Source: Nannocystales bacterium (GTDB taxonomy: Bacteria; Myxococcota_A; Polyangia; Nannocystales; Nannocystaceae). From it: a stretch of 64,000 nucleotides of DNA. The DNA is taken from contig JBOEGF010000023.1 of NCBI GenBank assembly GCA_050633305.1, forward strand, positions 64,001 through 128,000, given 5' to 3'. The notes below the pieces were generated by a model, which was given only the letters and a program-made list of their open reading frames with translations, had not been told where the DNA came from and did not search any database. This document shows, one piece after another, positions 20,530 to 31,500 of the stretch; position 1 is the stretch's first letter, and every line of letters begins with the position of its first letter. The position numbers were made by a program, and so were the translations under genes.

Positions 20530-21033
20530 CTATGGCACCCGCTCGTAGGTGTCGACAGACTTCCCGCTCTCCGTCACCGTCTCGTGAACCATGGCCGTGG
20601 CCGAGAGTTCCGTGATCCGGATCCCCGCCTCGTTGGTCCCGACGCGGAATGTGGAGCCGTCGAGCTTGTAGGTCGTGGTGGTGCTGTGTGCTTTCCCGGC
20701 CACAACCCCTGCGTTGATGAATCCGCCCTCCGCCGTGAATTCCAGGGTCATCTCCATGCCCGGAGGCAACGCATCGAACGGCTCTCCCCCCGGGACAGCG
20801 ATCATCGAGCTCACCTTCTTCCACTTCCCGACGATCGCCTTGGGATACTCGGCTTCTGGGATCACATCTTCCCCGGCCGGCGGGGCTGCGGGGGCCTCGT
20901 CGGCGGCAGCATTCTTGGCAGGGGGTGCATCGTCAGTTGGAGCGCCGCCTTCAGCCTTTGGGCCCGGCGATTTCGCACCGTCACAACCCAGCGAAAGACC
21001 GAGGACGAACACCAGCGCGGCTCGGCGAAACAT
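20530..21033 (-). CDS. Lipoprotein with lipocalin-like domain
   Basis: Lipobox SLGC; AIVGKWK and MTLEFTAEG motifs. Confidence 0.72.
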   Translation of the reverse strand: MFRRAALVFVLGLSLGCDGAKSPGPKAEGGAPTDDAPPAKNAAADEAPAAPPAGEDVIPEAEYPKAIVGKWKKVSSMIAVPGGEPFDALPPGMEMTLEFTAEGGFINAGVVAGKAHSTTTTYKLDGSTFRVGTNEAGIRITELSATAMVHETVTESGKSVDTYERVP

Positions 21034-21328
21034 CGCCCGAAAATACACCCGTAACGATCGCCGCTCAATTCAGGACGGCGCGACCCGGGCTCTCCTGCGA
21101 CTGCATCGGCGCCAGGCAAACGTGTCGGACGCGTTTTCGTCTCATCCCAAGGGCCGGTCGCCCCGGGCGGCTCGCTCGGTACGGATTCGCGATCGCGACA
21201 CATGCGTCGCGCCCTTGTTGCGGACCCGGGAACACGTCGTTCAACCCGCTTCCTGCACGTTTCGAGCGTCCGGGAATGACAGGCGTCCGTTGGGGCGTGA
21301 TCCTACCAACACCGAGCGGACACCGACC

Positions 21329-21886
21329 ATGACCCACTTGTTTTCCCTGATCGCAATCGCCTCCCAGCTCCTGACCGCATCCGCCGACGACGGACAAAAA
21401 TCGTCGATGCAAAAGCCGACGGAGATCAAGCACAAGTCGCAGGCCGGGAAGAGCGTCGTCGACGGTCTCTCTGGGATCCTCGCGGAGAAGTTGGGGCCGC
21501 TGGATCGCCGGCGGCTGGGTTCGAAGGTGCTCTCCGAGTCACGCGTCTCGATCGCATCCGGCACTTTCGCGGGTGGCGGGACCCGGCTCGTTGCGGTCAA
21601 CGTCAACCTTCGGATGAAGGACCCCACGGCGACCCAGCAATACATCTCGGGCGTGTTCACCGTGACGGACGACGGCGGACTCGTGGCGGTCGTCGTGGCG
21701 CCTCGAATGCGACCGGAGAAGTTCGCGTTCGAAAAGGTCGGCGACAGTGACGGAGATGGGAGCGATGACTTTGTCTACACAACGGCAACCGCCGAAGAGA
21801 CGAAACGACATCGCGTGACTTGGAACGGGACCGAGCCTGTCTCGACGACCCTGACGAATGCAGGGCCCTCCGGCGACGACTCCTGA
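21329..21886 (+). CDS. Secreted hypothetical protein
   Basis: Signal peptide MTHLFSLIAIASQLLTASA; FG-GAP-like GDSDGDGSDDFVY near the C-terminus. Confidence 0.68.
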   Translation: MTHLFSLIAIASQLLTASADDGQKSSMQKPTEIKHKSQAGKSVVDGLSGILAEKLGPLDRRRLGSKVLSESRVSIASGTFAGGGTRLVAVNVNLRMKDPTATQQYISGVFTVTDDGGLVAVVVAPRMRPEKFAFEKVGDSDGDGSDDFVYTTATAEETKRHRVTWNGTEPVSTTLTNAGPSGDDS

Positions 21887-21892
21887 ACCACT

Positions 21893-24820
21893 TCAGGGTC
21901 GCGCGACGATCGCCCGCATGTCCGCCTTGCAGTCGTCGCACCATCCGCGCAATTCGGACCCTTTGGGCCCTTGCCACGACGGCGCTGCGGCGGCCTCTTT
22001 CGCCCGCTGCGGCTTGCCAGCGGCCAGCGCGGCCTGAGCCACGAGCACAAGACAGGTGTCGATCTCGCCGGGCGGGCGCTGCGTGTTCGTTCGTCGACGC
22101 AGAGCGTCTTCGGCGAACTCGAGCGCATCCTCGGGACGACCTGCCCGCAACGCAGCCTTCGACTGGAGCACGAGCGTCTCCAGCACCAGCGGATGCGACT
22201 CGCTGAGCGCCTCCTGCCACAATCCCCGAATGCGAGTGACCTCCAGCAGCGTGTCCGCGGCATCCGTTCCAGCGGCAAGCTCGATCTCGGCTCTGAGGAG
22301 CCGCGCTGCAACGGTCCGGTCGTGGTCCTCGCCGAACACTTCGGTCCGGATCTTCATCGCCTCGTTTACGGCCTCGCGCGCGGCCGCGAGGTTGCCCATC
22401 TCAGACTCGACGCGCGCGAGGTTGGCCAAGGTGACCGACAGCTCATAGTGGGCCCCCAACGTGGCTCGCTGGAGCCGGACAGTCTCGGTGTACCGCTTGT
22501 GGGCTGCGTCGAGGTTGCCGAGCTGATGGTCGAGGGAGGCGAGGTTGCTGCGCACCGCCATCACCCGCATGTTGTCTTCCGGGAAGTTCGCGAGCATGCC
22601 CTCGAGCGCCTCGGCGGTGAGCGCTCGAGCCCGCGGATAGTTGCCCTGGGCACGTGCGCTGTTGGCCAAGGACACGACCGCCGTTGCGTAGCTCGAATGC
22701 GTGCGACCAACCGTCTTCGCGAGGATATCCGCGGCCTGCCGGTAGAGTTCCTCCGCGGTCTCCGTGTCGCCCTGCACCAGCGCGATGCTGCCCGGAAGCA
22801 GCAGCGCCTCGCCGACCGCGGGGTGCTGCGGTCCCAGGATCTCACGGCGGATCTCCAACGCCGCGGTACCCAGTCGTGAGGCGTCGTCAAACTGTTGTTT
22901 CCGAAACAGCGCCTTCGCGGCCAAGCCCATCAGCGCGGCCTGTTCCAGGCGTGTCTCATCGCCGAGCTCTGCGAGCACGCCTCGAGCGCTCTCCACCAGC
23001 TCGATCCCGCGATCGAAGTTGCCCTGCGCAATCTCGAGGCCCGCGCGTGCAGACTCCAGCCGTGTCCGAAGGCGAGGTGGGTTCCCCGCGGTTGCCACGG
23101 AGATTTTGGCCGCCCTCGCGAGGATGTGGGCGGCATCGAAGTCGGTCTTTGCGTGGGTCGCCTGCACCTCGACCAGCCCCACTGCCGCCTCCGCCGTTGC
23201 CAGCTGGCCGCGAGCTCCGGACGCATGTTCGAGGACCCGCTCGAACGCCTCGGTCGAACCATCCGAATCGCCTTGAGCCAGCGCGACCCGTCCTTCCAGA
23301 GCCGCGACTTCAAGCCACTGGGGCTCCCCGCGGGGCAGAACCGCACGAACCTCCTGGGCAGCCTCACGCGCCTCGTCATAGCGAGCGGCGAGGAACAAGG
23401 CGCGAAGGTCGTCCGCTCGCGTCCGGGTTTCTTTTCCGCCGTGAGGCTGTGCGACCCGAGCAGCAGCGTCCGGGTCGTTGCAGTCCTCCAGCGGTGGCAG
23501 GGCCGAGACCATGGAAGCCGAATGCTCCACGACCCCGGCATCCGCCCCTCGGAATAGACGCGAGACAGCGCCCAGCTCGTCCCGGCGCCGCTGCAAGCAC
23601 TGCGCGGCGACGGCATTCTTCTCTCGGCATGCCCGCTGCTCGAGCGAGACCCACCGGCTCGCAAACGCGTTCGTTCGAGTCTCCACAGTCGACCAAGCCC
23701 GTTGCGCGTACGGCATCTGCGACGCGAGAAAAGCGTCCTCAACCGCGGCCTTCGTCTGCTCGTCCCAGACCCCCTCCAGCTGTCCAAGACGTGGCGGGCA
23801 CGGGTCGTGCTCGGGGACCAATGCGACCCCGACACCCACGGATGCGACCACGAGTCCGACCGAAACAGGAACCCACCGTCGGCGGGGCGGTCGAACCGCG
23901 TCCAACAGAGCATCCACCGAATCGAAGCGAGCGCCGACATCGATCGAGAGCCCACGCCCGAGCGCAGAGCGAATCCGCCTGGACACGGCCACGCTGGCAG
24001 GAAGCGAGGGCGGTGTGGGCTCATGGGTCGGCTCGAGCGCCAACCGCTGCAACTCCTCATCGTCGTAGGGACGCTCTCCGACGAGCGCTTCAAAAGCCGT
24101 GACACACCACGCGAACTGGTCGCTGCGCGCATCGACAAGCTGCCCGCGAAGCTGCTCGGGGGCCATGTATGCGGGCGTGCCCGCCATCTTCGTCGTCTGC
24201 CGTCCGGCCGAGAGATTCGTCCACCCGCCCGACTCGGCCGCCGCGAACGACCGGGCCAGTCCAAAGTCGGTCACGAAGACATGCCCGTCGTTCGAGACCA
24301 GCACGTTCTCGGGCTTGAAGTCGCGATGCACGAGCCCGGCGGCGTGCGCAGCCGCGAGCCCTCGACCCGCGTCGCGAAGGATGGTCATCACGTCATCCGT
24401 GCTGCGACGCTCGGCATCCAACCACGAACGCAGCGTATGCCCCTGCACCAGCGCCATCGCGATGAACACCTGATCGTCCACCGTTCCAGCCTCGTAGACG
24501 GTGAGCACGTTGGGGTGAGAGAGCTTCGCCATCGCCCGCGCCTCGTCCACCAGCCGCGCCGCACCATCAGCCGCAAGGGTTGCGTCCGCCCGCAGCACTT
24601 TGAGGGCGAGCCGCCGCTGAAGTTGCGGGTCATACGCCTCGTACACGATGCCCATCCCGCCCGAGCCCAGGCGCTCCCGCACCTCAAACCGGCCGACCAT
24701 CGTAGGCTTGGGAGTTCCCCCGAACACACCAGCACGGATCTTGGAGCGAGCCCGACGAACCTCCAGCTGATCCACCGCGAGCCGCACGTCTCGCATGCCA
24801 TCGAGAGGCTCCGCGCTCAC
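21893..24820 (-). CDS. Ser/Thr protein kinase with TM segment and TPR repeats
   Basis: [36 protein letters not shown]; kinesin-light-chain-like TPRs (EILGPQHPAV, EVFGEDHDRT). Confidence 0.95.
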   Translation of the reverse strand: MSAEPLDGMRDVRLAVDQLEVRRARSKIRAGVFGGTPKPTMVGRFEVRERLGSGGMGIVYEAYDPQLQRRLALKVLRADATLAADGAARLVDEARAMAKLSHPNVLTVYEAGTVDDQVFIAMALVQGHTLRSWLDAERRSTDDVMTILRDAGRGLAAAHAAGLVHRDFKPENVLVSNDGHVFVTDFGLARSFAAAESGGWTNLSAGRQTTKMAGTPAYMAPEQLRGQLVDARSDQFAWCVTAFEALVGERPYDDEELQRLALEPTHEPTPPSLPASVAVSRRIRSALGRGLSIDVGARFDSVDALLDAVRPPRRRWVPVSVGLVVASVGVGVALVPEHDPCPPRLGQLEGVWDEQTKAAVEDAFLASQMPYAQRAWSTVETRTNAFASRWVSLEQRACREKNAVAAQCLQRRRDELGAVSRLFRGADAGVVEHSASMVSALPPLEDCNDPDAAARVAQPHGGKETRTRADDLRALFLAARYDEAREAAQEVRAVLPRGEPQWLEVAALEGRVALAQGDSDGSTEAFERVLEHASGARGQLATAEAAVGLVEVQATHAKTDFDAAHILARAAKISVATAGNPPRLRTRLESARAGLEIAQGNFDRGIELVESARGVLAELGDETRLEQAALMGLAAKALFRKQQFDDASRLGTAALEIRREILGPQHPAVGEALLLPGSIALVQGDTETAEELYRQAADILAKTVGRTHSSYATAVVSLANSARAQGNYPRARALTAEALEGMLANFPEDNMRVMAVRSNLASLDHQLGNLDAAHKRYTETVRLQRATLGAHYELSVTLANLARVESEMGNLAAAREAVNEAMKIRTEVFGEDHDRTVAARLLRAEIELAAGTDAADTLLEVTRIRGLWQEALSESHPLVLETLVLQSKAALRAGRPEDALEFAEDALRRRTNTQRPPGEIDTCLVLVAQAALAAGKPQRAKEAAAAPSWQGPKGSELRGWCDDCKADMRAIVARP

Positions 24821-24858
24821 GCTCTTCGCGCCTCCGGAGCTCTGATATCTTCCCGGCC

Positions 24859-25482
24859 TTGTCCGCCGACGACCTGAAGCTGCTGCACCTGTGGCGCGAT
24901 GGAGACGAGTCCGCGGGACAGACGCTCTTCGAGCGGCACTTCGACTCGGTCTACGGATTCTTCTGCAACAAGGTCGGTCCCGATGCGGTCGACGACCTCG
25001 TGCAGGAGACGTTCCTCGGTATCGTCCGCTCGCGGGACAGGTTCCGAGAGGAGGCCACGTTCCGCACGTACCTCTTCGCCATCGCGCATCGACAGATGAT
25101 GAAGTACCGGGAACGCTGGTACAAGACGCGCGAGCGGGGGGCAGACTTCGACCTGGACCGGGTGGAGGCCCTCAACGGCTCCCCTTCCCAGCTGGTGATC
25201 AGTCACTCCGAGCAAGCGCTCCTGGTCCGAGCACTGCGGCATCTCGAGCTCGACCTTCAGATCGTCTTGGAGCTGTTCTACTGGCAAGACCTTCGCAGCC
25301 TCGACATCTCCGAGATCCTCGATCTTCCCCACGGAACGGTGCGTAGCCGGATTCGCCGAGCCCGCGAGCAACTCGCTGAGCGTATCGAGACGCTCACCGA
25401 TGACCCCGCGCTCTGTGCCTCCACCGTCGGCAACATCGAGGATTGGCTGCGCTCGCTTCAGCTGCGCCGCGCCACGTCGTAG
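24859..25482 (+). CDS. ECF sigma-70 factor, divergent from the kinase
   Basis: DDLVQETF, FRTYLFAIA, LELFYWQDL, GTVRSRIRRAR; TTG start. Confidence 0.92.
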   Translation: MSADDLKLLHLWRDGDESAGQTLFERHFDSVYGFFCNKVGPDAVDDLVQETFLGIVRSRDRFREEATFRTYLFAIAHRQMMKYRERWYKTRERGADFDLDRVEALNGSPSQLVISHSEQALLVRALRHLELDLQIVLELFYWQDLRSLDISEILDLPHGTVRSRIRRAREQLAERIETLTDDPALCASTVGNIEDWLRSLQLRRATS

Positions 25483-25770
25483 CCCGTCACCCAGGGTCCC
25501 CACCCGAAGGTAGTCCGCCGCGGAGCCGTCGTGATCACGATGACGAGGATTCTTTTTCGCCCCTGCCGCGAACGTTAGCCAGGCGGCGGTGGGATCAACC
25601 CCGCATTGATCTGTTCACACGCGTCGAGGAACCCGCGATCCGTCGCGGGACGCCCCCGCTCGACTTCAGCCAGACGGCACCACCGGAGGTTCGCCAACAC
25701 GGGCCGCACCCCGCGACAGCATCGAGACTCCGCGCGCAGAATCCACATCCCCCTGGAGGCGGAACCCTTC

Positions 25771-27027
25771 CTATGTCCGCACATTCTTGGTGGGCTTTCC
25801 GGAGGTGGCCCACTGCATGGTTTCGAATCCGTATCGCGTTCGAATGTCGTCGACGACATCGTGCAGCGTCTCGGTGGGCGCGCCAAACAGCTCGAGTTGG
25901 CCGAACATCCCCAGGTTGGACAGCGCGAGCCCGAGCAGCCGGATCGGCGTCTCGCGGGTGCGGGCTTGCAGATACAGATCGCGCACCACGGGAAACAGCT
26001 CGAGTTCGGAGTTCGTCGGCGCGAGCGTCTTGGACCGCGAAAGCGTGAGGAAGTCGATGTATCGGAGCTTGAGCGTGATCGTGCGCGCCTTGACCCCTCG
26101 CTTGCGAGCCCGCCAACAGACCCGCTCGCACAGCGAACTCAGCTTCGACTCGACGGAACTCGGGTCATCCACATCTTCGCGAAATGTCCGCTCGTTGGAG
26201 ATACTTCCCGCCGTCGTGCCCGCGGGGTCGTGCTCTCGAAACGCAGGCCGCTCGCGGCCAAGATCGCCCGAGCCCAGACCGAGCACGCCGCGTTTGATGT
26301 GGGGCCCCCAAGCGCCGAACGTCTTGTTGAGCTGCTTGCTCGGTGTGGCCGCGACCTGGGCCAAGGTCTCGATGCCCGCGGCCCGCAGCTTCGCCTCTCC
26401 GACCGGACCGATCCCCGGAAACTTGCGAACCGGCAGGGGACCCAGGAAGTCCCGCTCGGACCCTTTGGGCACCAACAACACCCCTCGCGGTTTGGCGAGA
26501 CCCGACGCGACCTTGGAGACGACCTTGCTCGTGGCGATTCCTGCCGACGATGGGAGCCCGATCTCGTCGTGGACGGCTTGGCACAGCTCGGTGACGGTGC
26601 GGTAGATCGTCTCATCCGGGCAGCTGTCATCCTCGCTGGCGAACACCCTCTCGCACCCGGTGAAATCGATGAACATCTCGTCGATACTCGCCACCACGAT
26701 GACGGGCGAGAAGCGTTCGGCCAGGCCACGAACACGTTGGGCGTACTCGCTGTAGGTCGTCCCACGACCGGACAACCATGCGGTGTGCTTGGGCGCGAGC
26801 TTGGTCGCCTCGGTGATGGACATGCCCGCACGCACGCCGTACTCGCGGACCTCGTAGCTCGCGGCCGTGACCACTCCGCGCCCCCCGGGCGTGCCACCAA
26901 CGATGACCGGTTTTCCCTCGAGTGTCGGATCGAGCAGACGCTCCACGGAGACGAAGAACGTGTCGAGATCCAGACAACAGATCCTCGGAGCCTCAGCGGG
27001 ACCGCTCCGGTCGCGAGCCGACGGCAT
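25771..27027 (-). CDS. dinB: DNA polymerase IV (Y family)
   Basis: DLDTFFVSVE, RGVVTAASYEVREYGVRAGM, SIDEMFID, KPRG, PGIG, SISNERTF, IRLLGL. Confidence 0.96.
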   Translation of the reverse strand: MPSARDRSGPAEAPRICCLDLDTFFVSVERLLDPTLEGKPVIVGGTPGGRGVVTAASYEVREYGVRAGMSITEATKLAPKHTAWLSGRGTTYSEYAQRVRGLAERFSPVIVVASIDEMFIDFTGCERVFASEDDSCPDETIYRTVTELCQAVHDEIGLPSSAGIATSKVVSKVASGLAKPRGVLLVPKGSERDFLGPLPVRKFPGIGPVGEAKLRAAGIETLAQVAATPSKQLNKTFGAWGPHIKRGVLGLGSGDLGRERPAFREHDPAGTTAGSISNERTFREDVDDPSSVESKLSSLCERVCWRARKRGVKARTITLKLRYIDFLTLSRSKTLAPTNSELELFPVVRDLYLQARTRETPIRLLGLALSNLGMFGQLELFGAPTETLHDVVDDIRTRYGFETMQWATSGKPTKNVRT

Positions 27028-27032
27028 GCCAA

Positions 27033-27061
27033 ACCATAGGCTGAACACGCGAGCAGTGCAA
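27033..27061 (-). promoter_or_regulatory. Sigma70-type dinB promoter containing a myxobacterial LexA (SOS) box
   Basis: Minus strand TTGCAC-17 nt-TATGGT, 5 nt before the ATG. CTGCTCGCGTGTTCAGC (27056-27040) matches the Myxococcus LexA consensus CTRHAMRYBYGTTCAGS (from memory) at 16/17 positions. Confidence 0.82.
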
Positions 27062-27172
27062 GATGGATCCGCCGATCCCATCGCGCAGGGCCTCGGAGAC
27101 GACCCCATCCTTCACTGCCAGGCACATCAGAAGGACGGCATCAGCCGCAAACCAGGACGTCGGCCAGCCCGT

Positions 27173-28237
27173 TCACCAGGTCGCTTCCAACACGAAGAAG
27201 CGCTCGTACTCCACCGCCACGACCTGCGCGCCCGCCCTCCGCAACGCACCCGCGACCATGTCGGGACGATTGACGACTGCAAACGTCTTCGACCCCTTGG
27301 CCTGCCATGATGCGAGCGGGCCGAGCAACTCATCGAGCGCACGAGCATCTGCGTGAGTCGGGGGATTGGTCAGCGTGACCTCCGTGGTTCCGACGAAGGG
27401 GCGGACGGCCGCAACGGTACTGGGCAGCCCGTTGTGCTCCATCGGAAACACGCGACCGTGGAATCCCGCTGTTTGCACGTTCTCGCGAAGCATTGCGGCA
27501 GAGACAGAGTTGCTCTCGACCGCAACGACGCTGCACGCAGGCCACTGCTTGGCAGCCCACAATGCGATCGGCCCCACCCCGGCGCCCAGATCCACCACTC
27601 GCGCTGGGTTCAGATCCAAGCGGGCGACGTGATCGATCAGGCACTGTGTTCCGACATCGAGCCCCTTCCGCGAGAAGGCACCCGGGGCGGACGTCAGAGC
27701 GAGTTCCCCCAGCCGCGCATCGGTGATCTCATAGCGGCGGTCGAGCACCTCATGCCGAGCGACCGGCTGAACGCGCTCGCTGCAAAGCAGTCGGTACCCC
27801 TTGGCCCGCTCCAAGACCCTGACGTTGCCGAACACCTCGCCCATGAAGTCCGCGATCGAGTCCGCGCCCTTCTGTTTCTTCACGGCGCACAAGAGTCGGC
27901 CGCCTTCCCCGAGGACCTGGCCCGCGATCGCGATGCACTGCTGGGTGAAGTCCTTGCCCAGATGGGCGCGCGGCCAAACGATTGCGACCTCGAACGAGGG
28001 GTCCAAAGACGCCCACTGTGCGAACGGTACTGCGCCGGCCCCGGCGTACCGAGCCTCCCGGGCGTCGAGGATCAGCCGCGGACCCGGACGGTCCACCCCG
28101 GGCAACTCGCCCGAGCACACCAGCACCATCCGCTCTCGGTCCACGCCCGCAACCGCTTCGGCCAGGAGCGCGACTCCCGGATCGTCGGCATTGAGGCCAT
28201 CGACTCCACCTGGGCGGGGGGCACTGCGCTTCGCCAT
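27173..28237 (-). CDS. Class I SAM-dependent methyltransferase, RsmC-like
   Basis: PGAFSRKGLDVGT, VDLGAGVG, TNPPTH; degenerate N-terminal MTase-like domain. Confidence 0.85.
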   Translation of the reverse strand: MAKRSAPRPGGVDGLNADDPGVALLAEAVAGVDRERMVLVCSGELPGVDRPGPRLILDAREARYAGAGAVPFAQWASLDPSFEVAIVWPRAHLGKDFTQQCIAIAGQVLGEGGRLLCAVKKQKGADSIADFMGEVFGNVRVLERAKGYRLLCSERVQPVARHEVLDRRYEITDARLGELALTSAPGAFSRKGLDVGTQCLIDHVARLDLNPARVVDLGAGVGPIALWAAKQWPACSVVAVESNSVSAAMLRENVQTAGFHGRVFPMEHNGLPSTVAAVRPFVGTTEVTLTNPPTHADARALDELLGPLASWQAKGSKTFAVVNRPDMVAGALRRAGAQVVAVEYERFFVLEATW

Positions 28238-28562
28238 CGCGGCGCATGCTACTTGCCAACCGCCACGGGCGACCCATCTTGCGTGGGAAGACAACGGCCT
28301 CCCCCGTCACAGGCCCCCTAAGCATCTGATATCAGGCCGCTTTGGGTTCCGTGGCAGTTCTGGGCGCGTGGCGGTGGACCCTGTGCGTCCCCGCGTGCTA
28401 CCAACATATTGTCTTCGGATCCACGAAGCCTCAAAGGGAGGTTCTTGGCTGCGAAGACGGCTCTGACACGTGACGCTAGGTCGTCGCGTGACCGCAGGGT
28501 CGGCCATGAAGCGGCGCGATGACGTGCCCCCAGGTCGCCCTCCACCCACAGCGGGTTCACAC

Positions 28563-31500
28563 GTGAACAAAATCGAAACGTTTCTCCCCCTCGTGGAGAC
28601 CGATGCCCTGATCCGGCTCGCGAGTCCCAAGGCGCTCAAGGCCGGCCAAGAGCTGTTCAAGAAGGGTGCTGCCAGCGGGCTGGTGCTCGAAGGCGACAAG
28701 GTCTCCGGCAAGGTCATGGGCAGCCACCCCAAGCCGCACATGCCGGCGCTGTGCCTCAGCAAGAAGAATCAACTGGAGGCTGAGTGCACGTGCCCCACGT
28801 ACACCGACGGGTGGGAGAAGTTCTGCCACCACGCCGTCGCCCTCGCGATGGAGTTGGCCAAGCAGTACAAGGCCGGCGGCGAGATCTCGACCACCCACAA
28901 CCCGTGGGTCAGCGGCATGGCGGGCAACAAAACCTCGCGTCAGCGTCGCTACCAGATTCAGCCGCAAGCCGGCGGCACTTGGCTCGTCACCGCGTTCCAA
29001 TCCGGGCGCTCGATGAAGGCCAAAGCATCGCAACAGCGCGACGGTGCCCACCCCGCGGACAAGCTCATCGAGCACTACCTCGAGCAAGAGGTCGACCGTG
29101 CCGACGACGGGGCGCACGAACTCGAAGATCCCGCGCTCAGCGGACTGCTGTACTTCGCCCGCGACGCACAGATCAGCCTCAAGGGCGTCGGCAAGCTGAA
29201 CTTCGTCGATGAACCGGTCGTCCTGCGCGTTCAGGCCGAGGCCCGCCGCGACGCCAACGTCGACCTGCACGCCTTCCTCGAACACGAAGCCTCAGGCCGC
29301 ACGTTCGAGGTCGAAGAAGGTCGTGTCGTCGGAGGTGCGCCGACGTGGTTCATCCACACCGAGTCGTGCGAGATCTTCCAGGTCAAAGACACGCCGCCGT
29401 GGGTCCTGTCCTCGATCCGTGCCCAGTCGCGCATCGTGATGGACTCCAAGGTCGATGCCGACCAGATGGACAGTCTCAGCACGCAGCTGGAGTCCGTCGG
29501 TGTTCCGAGGGCCGACCTGTTTGCGCTCGCCAGCGATGCACGTTCGATCGAGCAACTCGTCGCCACCATCGAAGGCGACTCCAGCCGCGTCCGCGTCCAG
29601 CTGACCGCACGCTACGGCAACGTCACACTCTCCATCGGCGGCACGGACCCCGAGTCCGCGCGGTACACGATGAACGCGGGCGACGAGTCGATCTCGTTCT
29701 ACCGAGACCTCGACGCCGAGGCGCAAGCCCGCCGGGTCCTCAAGGAGCACGGCCTCAAGTGGCAACCCAAGGATGAGGCTTTCGTCGCTCGCGATGACGC
29801 AGCGATCGAGTTCCTGATCGCGGGGCTGCCGATGCTCCCCGAGCACTGGGAGAAGCGCATTCCCAAGCTCCCCAAGATCCGCTCCAAGAGCCCGAGCCCT
29901 CGCGTCTCGGTCTCCTCGGGAGACGGAAGCGTCCTGGACGTCGAGGCCATCGTCGACGTCGAAGGGGAAGCGGACCTCATCTCGTTCCGCGACCTGCTTC
30001 GGTGGCTCCACGAAGGACGCCGCTGGATCACCCTTGCGGACGGTAGTGTCGTGAAGCTGGACGCCAAGATCCTCGCTCCGTTGGCCGATGCCGCGGGCGA
30101 CATCCAGTTCGACAAGCACGGCAAGGCCGAGGTCTCCACGCTCGAGCTCGGCAACCTCTCTCGGTTGCTGTCGGAGGCACCGACCACCAAGGTCGAGACC
30201 GAGGTCAAGAAGCTGCTCAAGAGCATGACCGGCGAGCGGGCATCTCGAGCCCCTCGCAAAGCCAAGGCGCTCGGCGCCAAGCTCCGCGACTACCAGAAGT
30301 CTGGCTTTGCCTGGCTGTGGCAACTTCACCAAAACCGCATGACCGGCATCCTCGCCGACGACATGGGTCTTGGTAAGACCGTTCAAGCCATCGCCTTGCT
30401 CACCAAGGCCAAGGAAGAGGAAGGCCCCGCCCCCTCGTTGATCGTCTGCCCCACCTCCGTGCTCTCGGTGTGGAAGCAGGAGGTCAACAAATGGGCGCCG
30501 AGCCTGTCCGTTTTGGTCTGGCATGGTCCCGAGCGCGCCGAAAACCGGCGTCTTCTCAAGAAGACCGACATCGTCGTGACGTCGTATTCGATCATGCGGC
30601 GCGACATCGACGAGCTGAAGAAGATTCGCTTCCGCTACGTCGCCCTCGACGAGGCCCAGTACATCAAGAACTGGACCACCAGCACCGCCAAGAGTGCCAA
30701 GCAGCTCAAGGCCGACCACAAGCTGGCGCTCTCGGGTACCCCGGTCGAGAACCACCTCTTCGACCTCTGGGCTGTGTTCGACTTCTTGGCGCCTGGCTTC
30801 CTCGGCAAGCTGACCGAGTTCCAAAAGAACTACGTCAAGCCCATCGAGGACGGCGACATGAAGCGGCTCGAGGATCTCCAGGTCCGCATTCGGCCGTTCA
30901 TCATGCGGCGCAAGAAGGAAGACGTCGCCAGCGAGCTGCCCAAGAAGACCGAGCAGACGATCTACTGCCACTTCAACAAGACGCAGCTGGGCCTGTACAA
31001 CCGCATCCTCAAGGCGGCCAAGTCCGAGATCACCGGGCGCATCGACGATGCTGGCATCGACAAGTCGCAGATGACCGTCCTCGCCGCGCTCACGCGCCTA
31101 CGCCAGGTCTGCTGCGACCCGCACCTGCTCGGCTTGCCCGAAGGCACTCCCATTCCGCCGTCCGCCAAACTCGAGGCGTTCAAGGAGCTCATCAACGACG
31201 CCGTCGGGTCGGGGCGGAAGTGCCTGGTGTTCTCCCAGTTCGTCGAGATGCAGAAGCTTCTCGGCCAAGCGCTCGAAGAGCTCGAGATCCCGTACCTGTG
31301 GCTCCACGGCGGCACCAAGAACCGTGAGGAGCTGGTCGCGCAGTTCCAGACCAAGTCCGGTCCTCCCGTCTTCCTCATCAGCCTCAAGGCGGGTGGAAGC
31401 GGTCTTACCCTGACCGAAGCCGACACCGTCATTCACTACGACCCGTGGTGGAACCCCGCGGTCGAAGACCAAGCCACCGACCGGGCGCACCGGATCGGCC

